From the human T2T-CHM13v2.0 reference genome, Homo sapiens, in assembly GCF_009914755.1 (NCBI RefSeq), contig NC_060948.1: a DNA stretch of 64,000 nucleotides; one strand, 5' to 3'. The translations under genes and the position numbers were made by a program. The notes under the pieces are model-generated. The model was given only the letters and a program-made list of their open reading frames with translations. It did no database searches and was not told where the DNA came from. Positions 1 through 11,600 of the stretch are shown here, piece after piece (the stretch's first letter is position 1; each line of letters starts with the position of its first letter).

Positions 1-66
1 TGGAAAGGAATGGAGTGGAATAGACTAGAGTGGAATGGAATGGACTGGAAAGCAATGGACTGGAAT

Positions 67-81
67 GGAACTTTCTTGAAT
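67..81. promoter_or_regulatory. Perfect heat-shock element match nGAAnnTTCnnGAAn (subtype A units only); function untested
   Basis: gGAActTTCttGAAt at 67-81, recurring at 3636, 7205, 10774 and 14343. From ~17892 onward the last GAA is GGA. Confidence 0.45.
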
Positions 82-1544
82 GGACTGGAATCAAACGGAA
101 TGGAATGCAATGCAATCAAATGGCATGGAATAAAATAGAATGAAAGAGAATCAAATGGAATTGAATCGAATGGAATCGAATGGATTGGAAAGGAATAGAA
201 TGGAATGGAATGGAATGGACTCAAATGGAATGGACTAGAATGGAATGGATTCGAATGGAAGGCAAAGGAATGGAATCTATTGGAATGGACTGTAATGGAA
301 TGCAATGGAAGGGATTGGAATGGACTCGAATGGAATGGACTGCAATAGAAAGGATTCGAATGGAATGAAAAAGAATTGAATGGAATAGAACAGAATGGAA
401 TCAAATCGAATGAAATGGAATGGAATAGAAAGGAATGGAATGAAATGGAATGGAAAGGATTCGAATGGAATGCAATCGAATGGAATGGAATCGAACGGAA
501 TGGAATAAAATGGAAGAAAACTGGCAAGAAATGGAATCGAAATGAATGGAGTGTTATGGAACGGACTCAAAAGGAATTGAATGTAATAGAATGGAGTGGA
601 GTGGACTCGAATATAATGGACTGGAATGGAATGAAATCACATGGAATGGGAACGAATGGAATGGAATGGAAAGGAATGGAATCGAATGGAAAGGAATCGA
701 ATGGAAGGGAATGAAATTGAATCAACAGGAATGGAAGGGAATAGAATAGACGGTAATGGAATGGACTCGAATAGAATGGACACGAATGCTCAAATTGAAT
801 GGACTCGAATGGAATGGAAACGAAAGGAATGTCATCGAATGGAATTGAATCGATTGGAATGAAATCGCATAGAATGGAGTGGAATCAAATGGAATTGAAT
901 CGAAAGGAAAGGAAGCCAATGGACTGAAATGAAATGGAATGGAATTGAATGGAAAGTAATGCAATGGAATAGAATGGAACGAAATTTCACGGAATGGAAT
1001 CAAACTGAATGGAATCAAATCAATGGAATCAAATCAAATGGAATGGAAAGGAATTGAATGGAGTAGATTGGATTGGATGGGATTGGAATGAAATGTACTG
1101 GAAAGGACTCGAATTTCATGAAACGGAATGGAATGAATTAGAACGGAATGGACTCGAATGGAATGGAATGTCATGGAATGGCATCAAATGGAATGGCATC
1201 AAATGGAATGGAATCGAATGCAATGGAATGCTATGGAATGGAATGGAATGCATTGGAATGGAATGTCCTCTAATGGAATGGATTCGAGTGGAATGGAATC
1301 GAATATAATGGAGTCGAATGAAATGGAATTGAAAGGAATGGGATCGAATACAATGGAATATACTGGAATGTAATGTAATGAACTCGAATGTAATTGACTG
1401 GAATGGAATGTACATGAATGGAATGTAATCGAATGGAAAGTAATCCAATGGAATAGAATCTAATGCAATAAAATCGACTCAGATAGAGTAGAATGTAATG
1501 GAATGGAGTGCAGTGCAATGGAATGGATTGGAATGGAATGCAAT

Positions 1545-1599
1545 GGAATGGAATGGAATGGAATGGAATGGAATGGAATGGGATGGAATGGGATGGAAT
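1545..1599 (+). repeat. Length-variable near-perfect (GGAAT)n tract, one per unit (first copy shown)
   Basis: (GGAAT)7-GGGAT-GGAAT-GGGAT here, 10 bp shorter at ~15820, and (GGAAT)10 at 19360-19409 and 62343-62392. It accounts for most of the 5-bp-step unit length differences. Confidence 0.85.
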
Positions 1600-2329
1600 G
1601 GTATGGAATGGATAGTAATGGACTGGAGTGAAATGGACTGGAAAGGAATTGACTCAAATTGAAAGGGCTCGAAAGGAATGGAGTCAAATGTAATGGTCTG
1701 GAATGGAATGAACACGAATGTAATGAAATCCAATAGAATGGAATCGAATGGCATGGAATATAAAGAAATGGAATCGAAGAGAATGGAAACAAATGGAATG
1801 GAATTGAATGGAATGGAATTGAATGGAATGGGAAGGAATGGAGTGAAATTGTATGCAGTAGAAGAGAATAGAATGGAATGCAAGCGAAAGGAAAGGAATG
1901 GATTGGAATGGAATGGAACTCATTGGAATGGAAGGGAATGTAGTGTAATGGACAGGCCTGGAATAAAGTGGAAAGCTACGGTCTCGAATGGAATAAAAAT
2001 ATATGGAATGGAATGCAATGAAACGGAATCGAATGTCATAGAATGCAATGGAATGCAAAAACATGGAATCCAAAATCATTGACTGGAAAGGCTGGGTGTC
2101 GAAAGGAATTGACTCCAATGGAATGGAATCGAATGGAATGGAAGTGAATAGAATCGAACTAAATCGAATGGAATGGAATTGATAGGAACGGAATGGAAAG
2201 GAATGCAATGATTTGGCATGGAATGGAATCGAATGGCATCGAATGGAATGGAATGGAATGCAATGGAATGGAATGTATTAGAATGTAATGAACTTTAATG
2301 GAATGTACTCGAATGGATTCGACTGGAAT

Positions 2330-2344
2330 GGAATGTTCTGGAAG
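2330..2344. promoter_or_regulatory. Perfect heat-shock element match, present in every unit (first copy shown); function untested
   Basis: gGAAtgTTCtgGAAg. The variant at ~34485 (GTTCCGGAAG) changes only a spacer base. Confidence 0.5.
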
Positions 2345-2609
2345 TGAATGGACTCCAATGGAATGGATTCAAAAGGAATGGAATCGTACGGAATGGAATC
2401 TAATGGAATGCAATTAAATGGAAATGAATCAAATTGAATAGCACGGAATTGAATTGAATGGAATGGAATGCAATGGAATCTAATGAAACGGAAAGGAAAG
2501 GAATGGAATGGAATGGAATGGGCTGGAATGGAAAGGAATCGAAACGAATGGAATGGAATCGAACTGAAGAGACTGGAATGGAATGCACTGGAATGGAAGG
2601 GAGTGTAAT

Positions 2610-2624
2610 GGAAGGTTCTCGAAA
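2610..2624. promoter_or_regulatory. Perfect heat-shock element match, present in most units (first copy shown); function untested
   Basis: gGAAggTTCtcGAAa. Broken (TTC>TTG) at 24017 and 31170. Confidence 0.5.
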
Positions 2625-5600
2625 AAAATGGAATCGAATGGAATGGAATTGAATGGAACGGAATAGAGTCGAATGGAATTGAATGGAATGGAATGGACTT
2701 GAGTGAAATGGAATCGAACCACAAGGAATGGACAGGAATAGAATGGTCTTGAATTGAATGGAATCGTATGGAATGGCATCAAACGGAATGGAATGGACAG
2801 CCACGGAATGGAATGCACTCGAATGCAATGGAGTCGAAACTAATGGACTGGAATAGAATGGACTCGACTGGTACGGACTGCAATGGAATGGAATCGAATG
2901 GAAGGGAATCGAACGGAATGGACTCGAAGGGAAAAGACTGCAATGGAAAGGTCTCGAATGGAATGGAAATTAATGGAATGGAATGGAATCGAATGAAATG
3001 GAGTCAAAAGGAATGGAATCGAATGGCAAGAAATCGAATGTAATGGAATCGCAAGGAATTGATGTGAACGGAACGGAATGGAATGGAATCCAAAGGAATG
3101 GAATAGAATGGAATGGAATCGAATGGAAAGGACTCGAATGGAAATCACTCGAATAGAATGCAATTTAATAAAATAGGATCAAATGTAATGGAATGGAATG
3201 GAAAGGAATCGAAACGAAAGGAATGGAGACAGATGGAATGGAATGGAACAGAGAGCAATGGTATAGAATGGAATGGAATCATCTGGAATGGAATTGAATG
3301 GAATGGAATAATATGAAATGGAATGGAATGGAATGGAATGGAATGCCCTTGAATTAAATGGACTGGAATGGAATGGACTCGAACAGAGTGGAATGGAAAG
3401 TGTTGAGATAGAATGGAATGGACTCCTTTGGAATGGTGTAGTATGCAATGCAATCGACTGGCAGGGAATCAAAAGGAATGTAATGGAATGGACTGGACTG
3501 GAATGCAATGGACTCGTATAGATTGGAAACGGAATGCAAAGGAATGGAATGGAATAGTATGGAATGGAATGGAAAGGAATGGAGTGGAATAGACTAGAGT
3601 GGAATGGAATGGACTGGAAAGCAATGGACTGGAATGGAACTTTCTTGAATGGACTGGAATCAAACGGAATGGAATGCAATGCAATCAAATGGCATGGAAT
3701 AAAATAGAATGAAAGAGAATCAAATGGAATTGAATCGAATGGAATCGAATGGATTGGAAAGGAATAGAATGGAATGGAATGGAATTGACTCAAATGGAAT
3801 GGACTAGAATGGAATGGATTCGAATGGAAGGCAAAGGAATGGAATCTATTGGAATGGACTGTAATGGAATGGAATGGAAGGGATTGGAATGGACTCGAAT
3901 GGAATGGACTGCAATAGAAAGGATTCGAATGGAATGAAAAAGAATTGAATGGAATAGAACAGAATGGAATCAAATCGAATGAAATGGAATGGAATAGAAA
4001 GGAATGGAATGAAATGGAATGGAAAGGATTCGAATGGAATGCAATCGAATGGAATGGAATCGAACGGAATGGAATAAAATGGAAGAAAACTGGCAAGAAA
4101 TGGAATCGAAATGAATGGAGTGTTATGGAACGGACTCAAAAGGAATTGAATGTAATAGAATGGAGTGGAGTGGACTCGAATATAATGGACTGGAATGGAA
4201 TGAAATCACATGGAATGGGAACGAATGGAATGGAATGGAAAGGAATGGAATCGAATGGAAAGGAATCGAATGGAAGGGAATGAAATTGAATCAACAGGAA
4301 TGGAAGGGAATAGAATAGACGGTAATGGAATGGACTCGAATAGAATGGACACGAATGCTCAAATTGAATGGACTCGAATGGAATGGAAACGAAAGGAATG
4401 TCATCGAATGGAATTGAATCGATTGGAATGAAATCGCATAGAATGGAGTGGAATCAAATGGAATTGAATCGAAAGGAAAGGAAGCCAATGGACTGAAATG
4501 AAATGGAATGGAATTGAATGGAAAGTAATGCAATGGAATAGAATGGAACGAAATTTCACGGGATGGAATCAAACTGAATGGAATCAAATCAATGGAATCA
4601 AATCAAATGGAATGGAAAGGAATTGAATGGAGTAGATTGGATTGGATGGGATTGGAATGAAATGTACTGGAAAGGACTCGAATTTCATGAAACGGAATGG
4701 AATGAATTGGAACGGAATGGACTCGAATGGAATGGAATGTCATGGAATGGCATCAAATGGAATGGCATCAAATGGAATGGAATCGAATGCAATGGAATGC
4801 TATGGAATGGAATGGAATGCATTGGAATGGAATGTCCTCTAATGGAATGGATTCGAGTGGAATGGAATCGAATATAATGGAGTCGAATGAAATGGAATTG
4901 AAAGGAATGGGATCGAATACAATGGAATATACTGGAATGTAATGTAATGAACTCGAATGTAATTGACTGGAATGGAATGTACATGAATGGAATGTAATCG
5001 AATGGAAAGTAATCCAATGGAATAGAATCTAATGCAATAAAATCGACTCAGATAGAGTAGAATGTAATGGAATGGAGTGCAGTGCAATGGAATGGATTGG
5101 AATGGAATGCAATGGAATGGAATGGAATGGAATGGAATGGAATGGAATGGGATGGAATGGGATGGAATGGTATGGAATGGATAGTAATGGACTGGAGTGA
5201 AATGGACTGGAAAGGAATGGACTCAAATTGAAAGGGCTCGAAAGGAATGGAGTCAAATGTAATGGTCTGGAATGGAATGAACACGAATGTAATGCAATCC
5301 AATAGAATGGAATCGAATGGCATGGAATATAAAGAAATGGAATCGAAGAGAATGGAAACAAATGGAATGGAATTGAATGGAATGGAATTGAATGGAATGG
5401 GAAGGAATGGAGTGAAATTGTATGCAGTAGAAGAGAATAGAATGGAATGCAAGCGAAAGGAAAGGAATGGATTGGAATGGAATGGAACTCATTGGAATGG
5501 AAGGGAATGTAGTGTAATGGACAGGCCTGGAATAAAGTGGAAAGCTACGGTCTCGAATGGAATAAAAATATATGGAATGGAATGCAATGAAACGGAATCG

Positions 5601-8600
5601 AATGTCATAGAATGTAATGGAATGCAAAAACATGGAATCCAAAATCATTGACTGGAAAGGCTGGGTGTCGAAAGGAATTGACTCCAATGGAATGGAATCG
5701 AATGGAATGGAAGTGAATAGAATCGAACTAAATCGAATGGAATGGAATTGATAGGAACGGAATGGAAAGGAATGCAATGATTTGGCATGGAATGGAATCG
5801 AATGGCATCGAATGGAATGGAATGGAATGCAATGGAATGGAATGTATTAGAATGTAATGAACTTTAATGGAATGTACTCGAATGGATTCGACTGGAATGG
5901 AATGTTCTGGAAGTGAATGGACTCCAATGGAATGGATTCAAAAGGAATGGAATCGTACGGAATGGAATCTAATGGAATGGAATTAAATGGAAATGAATCA
6001 AATTGAATAGCACGGAATTGAATTGAATGGAATGGAATGCAATGGAATCTAATGAAACGGAAAGGAAAGGAATGGAATGGAATGGAATGGGCTGGAATGG
6101 AAAGGAATCGAAACGAATGGAATGGAATCGAACTGAATAGACTGGAATGGAATGCACTGGAATGGAAGGGAGTGTAATGGAAGGTTCTCGAAAAAAATGG
6201 AATCGAATGGAATGGAATTGAATGGAACGGAATAGAGTCGAATGGAATTGAATGGAATGGAATGGACTAGAGTGAAATGGAATCGAACCACAAGGAATGG
6301 ACAGGAATAGAATGGTCTCGAATTGAATGGAATCGTATGGAATGGCATCAAACGGAATGGAATGGACAGCCACGGAATGGAATGCACTCGAATGCAATGG
6401 AGTCGAAACTAATGGACTGGAATAGAATGGACTCGACTGGTACGGACTGCAATGGAATGGAATCGAATGGAAGGGAATCGAACGGAATGGACTCGAAGGG
6501 AAAAGACTGCAATGGAAAGGTCTCGAATGGAATGGAAATTAATGGAATGGAATGGAATCGAATGAAATGGAGTCAAAAGGAATGGAATCGAATGGCAAGA
6601 AATCGAATGTAATGGAATCGCAAGGAATTGATGTGAACGGAACGGAATGGAATGGAATCCAAAGGAATGGAATAGAATGGAATGGAATCGAATGGAAAGG
6701 ACTCGAATGGAAATCACTCGAATAGAATGCAATTTAATAAAATAGGATCAAATGTAATGGAATGGAATGGAAAGGAATCGAAACGAAAGGAATGGAGACA
6801 GATGGAATGGAATGGAACAGAGAGCAATGGTATAGAATGGAATGGAATCATCTGGAATGGAATTGAATGGAATGGAATAATATGAAATGGAATGGAATGG
6901 AATGGAATGGAATGCCCTTGAATTAAATGGACTGGAATGGAATGGACTCGAACAGAGTGGAATGGAAAGTGTTGAGATAGAATGGAATGGACTCCTTTGG
7001 AATGGTGTAGTATGCAATGCAATCGACTGGCAGGGAATCAAAAGGAATGTAATGGAATGGACTGGACTGGAATGCAATGGACTCGTATAGATTGGAAACG
7101 GAATGCAAAGGAATGGAATGGAATAGTATGGAATGGAATGGAAAGGAATGGAGTGGAATAGACTAGAGTGGAATGGAATGGACTGGAAAGCAATGGACTG
7201 GAATGGAACTTTCTTGAATGGACTGGAATCAAACGGAATGGAATGCAATGCAATCAAATGGCATGGAATAAAATAGAATGAAAGAGAATCAAATGGAATT
7301 GAATCGAATGGAATCGAATGGATTGTAAAGGAATAGAATGGAATGGAATGGAATTGACTCAAATGGAATGGACTAGAATGGAATGGATTCGAATGGAAGG
7401 CAAAGGAATGGAATCTATTGGAATGGACTGTAATGGAATGGAATGGAAGGGATTGGAATGGACTCGAATGGAATGGACTGCAATAGAAAGGATTCGAATG
7501 GAATGAAAAAGAATTGAATGGAATAGAACAGAATGGAATCAAATCGAATGAAATGGAATGGAATAGAAAGGAATGGAATGAAATGGAATGGAAAGGATTC
7601 GAATGGAATGCAATCGAATGGAATGGAATCGAACGGAATGGAATAAAATGGAAGAAAACTGGCAAGAAATGGAATCGAAATGAATGGAGTGTTATGGAAC
7701 GGACTCAAAAGGAATTGAATGTAATAGAATGGAGTGGAGTGGACTCGAATATAATGGACTGGAATGGAATGAAATCACATGGAATGGGAACGAATGGAAT
7801 GGAATGGAAAGGAATGGAATCGAATGGAAAGGAATCGAATGGAAGGGAATGAAATTGAATCAACAGGAATGGAAGGGAATAGAATAGACGGTAATGGAAT
7901 GGACTCGAATAGAATGGACACGAATGCTCAAATTGAATGGACTCGAATGGAATGGAAACGAAAGGAATGTCATCGAATGGAATTGAATCGATTGGAATGA
8001 AATCGCATAGAATGGAGTGGAATCAAATGGAATTGAATCGAAAGGAAAGGAAGCGAATGGACTGAAATGAAATGGAATGGAATTGAATGGAAAGTAATGC
8101 AATGGAATAGAATGGAACGAAATTTCACGGGATGGAATCAAACTGAATGGAATCAAATCAATGGAATCAAATCAAATGGAATGGAAAGGAATTGAATGGA
8201 GTAGATTGGATTGGATGGGATTGGAATGAAATGTACTGGAAAGGACTCGAATTTCATGAAACGGAATGGAATGAATTGGAACGGAATGGACTCGAATGGA
8301 ATGGAATGTCATGGAATGGCATCAAATGGAATGGCATCAAATGGAATGGAATCGAATGCAATGGAATGCTATGGAATGGAATGGAATGCATTGGAATGGA
8401 ATGTCCTCTAATGGAATGGATTCGAGTGGAATGGAATCGAATATAATGGAGTCGAATGAAATGGAATTGAAAGGAATGGGATCGAATACAATGGAATATA
8501 CTGGAATGTAATGTAATGAACTCGAATGTAATTGACTGGAATGGAATGTACATGAATGGAATGTAATCGAATGGAAAGTAATCCAATGGAATAGAATCTA

Positions 8601-11600
8601 ATGCAATAAAATCGACTCAGATAGAGTAGAATGTAATGGAATGGAGTGCAGTGCAATGGAATGGATTGGAATGGAATGCAATGGAATGGAATGGAATGGA
8701 ATGGAATGGAATGGAATGGGATGGAATGGGATGGAATGGTATGGAATGGATAGTAATGGACTGGAGTGAAATGGACTGGAAAGGAATGGACTCAAATTGA
8801 AAGGGCTCGAAAGGAATGGAGTCAAATGTAATGGTCTGGAATGGAATGAACACGAATGTAATGCAATCCAATAGAATGGAATCGAATGGCATGGAATATA
8901 AAGAAATGGAATCGAAGAGAATGGAAACAAATGGAATGGAATTGAATGGAATGGAATTGAATGGAATGGGAAGGAATGGAGTGAAATTGTATGCAGTAGA
9001 AGAGAATAGAATGGAATGCAAGCGAAAGGAAAGGAATGGATTGGAATGGAATGGAACTCATTGGAATGGAAGGGAATGTAGTGTAATGGACAGGCCTGGA
9101 ATAAAGTGGAAAGCTACGGTCTCGAATGGAATAAAAATATATGGAATGGAATGCAATGAAACGGAATCGAATGTCATAGAATGCAATGGAATGCAAAAAC
9201 ATGGAATCCAAAATCATTGACTGGAAAGGCTGGGTGTCGAAAGGAATTGACTCCAATGGAATGGAATCGAATGGAATGGAAGTGAATAGAATCGAACTAA
9301 ATCGAATGGAATGGAATTGATAGGAACGGAATGGAAAGGAATGCAATGATTTGGCATGGAATGGAATCGAATGGCATCGAATGGAATGGAATGGAATGCA
9401 ATGGAATGGAATGTATTAGAATGTAATGAACTTTAATGGAATGTACTCGAATGGATTCGACTGGAATGGAATGTTCTGGAAGTGAATGGACTCCAATGGA
9501 ATGGATTCAAAAGGAATGGAATCGTACGGAATGGAATCTAATGGAATGCAATTAAATGGAAATGAATCAAATTGAATAGCACGGAATTGAATTGAATGGA
9601 ATGGAATGCAATGGAATCTAATGAAACGGAAAGGAAAGGAATGGAATGGAATGGAATGGGCTGGAATGGAAAGGAATCGAAACGAATGGAATGGAATCGA
9701 ACTGAAGAGACTGGAATGGAATGCACTGGAATGGAAGGGAGTGTAATGGAAGGTTCTCGAAAAAAATGGAATCGAATGGAATGGAATTGAATGGAACGGA
9801 ATAGAGTCGAATGGAATTGAATGGAATGGAATGGACTAGAGTGAAATGGAATCGAACCACAAGGAATGGACAGGAATAGAATGGTCTCGAATTGAATGGA
9901 ATCGTATGGAATGGCATCAAACGGAATGGAATGGACAGCCACGGAATGGAATGCACTCGAATGCAATGGAGTCGAAACTAATGGACTGGAATAGAATGGA
10001 CTCGACTGGTACGGACTGCAATGGAATGGAATCGAATGGAAGGGAATCGAACGGAATGGACTCGAAGGGAAAAGACTGCAATGGAAAGGTCTCGAATGGA
10101 ATGGAAATTAATGGAATGGAATGGAATCGAATGAAATGGAGTCAAAAGGAATGGAATCGAATGGCAAGAAATCGAATGTAATGGAATCGCAAGGAATTGA
10201 TGTGAACGGAACGGAATGGAATGGAATCCAAAGGAATGGAATAGAATGGAATGGAATCGAATGGAAAGGACTCGAATGGAAATCACTCGAATAGAATGCA
10301 ATTTAATAAAATAGGATCAAATGTAATGGAATGGAATGGAAAGGAATCGAAACGAAAGGAATGGAGACAGATGGAATGGAATGGAACAGAGAGCAATGGT
10401 ATAGAATGGAATGGAATCATCTGGAATGGAATTGAATGGAATGGAATAATATGAAATGGAATGGAATGGAATGGAATGGAATGCCCTTGAATTAAATGGA
10501 CTGGAATGGAATGGACTCGAACAGAGTGGAATGGAAAGTGTTGAGATAGAATGGAATGGACTCCTTTGGAATGGTGTAGTATGCAATGCAATCGACTGGC
10601 AGGGAATCAAAAGGAATGTAATGGAATGGACTGGACTGGAATGCAATGGACTCGTATAGATTGGAAACGGAATGCAAAGGAATGGAATGGAATAGTATGG
10701 AATGGAATGGAAAGGAATGGAGTGGAATAGACTAGAGTGGAATGGAATGGACTGGAAAGCAATGGACTGGAATGGAACTTTCTTGAATGGACTGGAATCA
10801 AACGGAATGGAATGCAATGCAATCAAATGGCATGGAATAAAATAGAATGAAAGAGAATCAAATGGAATTGAATCGAATGGAATCGAATGGATTGTAAAGG
10901 AATAGAATGGAATGGAATGGAATTGACTCAAATGGAATGGACTAGAATGGAATGGATTCGAATGGAAGGCAAAGGAATGGAATCTATTGGAATGGACTGT
11001 AATGGAATGGAATGGAAGGGATTGGAATGGACTCGAATGGAATGGACTGCAATAGAAAGGATTCGAATGGAATGAAAAAGAATTGAATGGAATAGAACAG
11101 AATGGAATCAAATCGAATGAAATGGAATGGAATAGAAAGGAATGGAATGAAATGGAATGGAAAGGATTCGAATGGAATGCAATCGAATGGAATGGAATCG
11201 AACGGAATGGAATAAAATGGAAGAAAACTGGCAAGAAATGGAATCGAAATGAATGGAGTGTTATGGAACGGACTCAAAAGGAATTGAATGTAATAGAATG
11301 GAGTGGAGTGGACTCGAATATAATGGACTGGAATGGAATGAAATCACATGGAATGGGAACGAATGGAATGGAATGGAAAGGAATGGAATCGAATGGAAAG
11401 GAATCGAATGGAAGGGAATGAAATTGAATCAACAGGAATGGAAGGGAATAGAATAGACGGTAATGGAATGGACTCGAATAGAATGGACACGAATGCTCAA
11501 ATTGAATGGACTCGAATGGAATGGAAACGAAAGGAATGTCATCGAATGGAATTGAATCGATTGGAATGAAATCGCATAGAATGGAGTGGAATCAAATGGA

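Larger units (their letters stand above)
1955..5523 (+). repeat. Representative full repeat unit, subtype A (3569 bp, HaeIII site to HaeIII site)
   Basis: GGCC at 1955 and 5524. ORF-track landmarks recur at exactly +3569 (180, 3749, 7318, 10887, 14456). Confidence 0.93.

Noticed and set aside
1011-1040. GAATCAAATCA doublet resembling a DUX4-type site
   Set aside because: It has two mismatches to TAAYYYAATCA and is explained by CGAAT>CAAAT decay.
129-3172. AATAAA hexamers on the + strand (129, 504, 1467, 1962, 1992, 3167 and equivalents in each unit)
   Set aside because: They arise readily from GGAAT followed by an AAA-starting pentamer. No clear downstream GU/U-rich element or transcript evidence is available, so I do not call them poly(A) signals, although satellite III transcripts are known.
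3179-4096. 305-318 aa minus-strand ORF (MPVFFHFIPF...) recurring once per unit
   Set aside because: (ATTCC)n has no stop codon in any frame and translates as FHSIP repeats. The ORF has no domain-like content, its end is frameshifted by 5- and 10-bp indels (313/318-aa versions), and its recurrence just reflects unit homogeneity.
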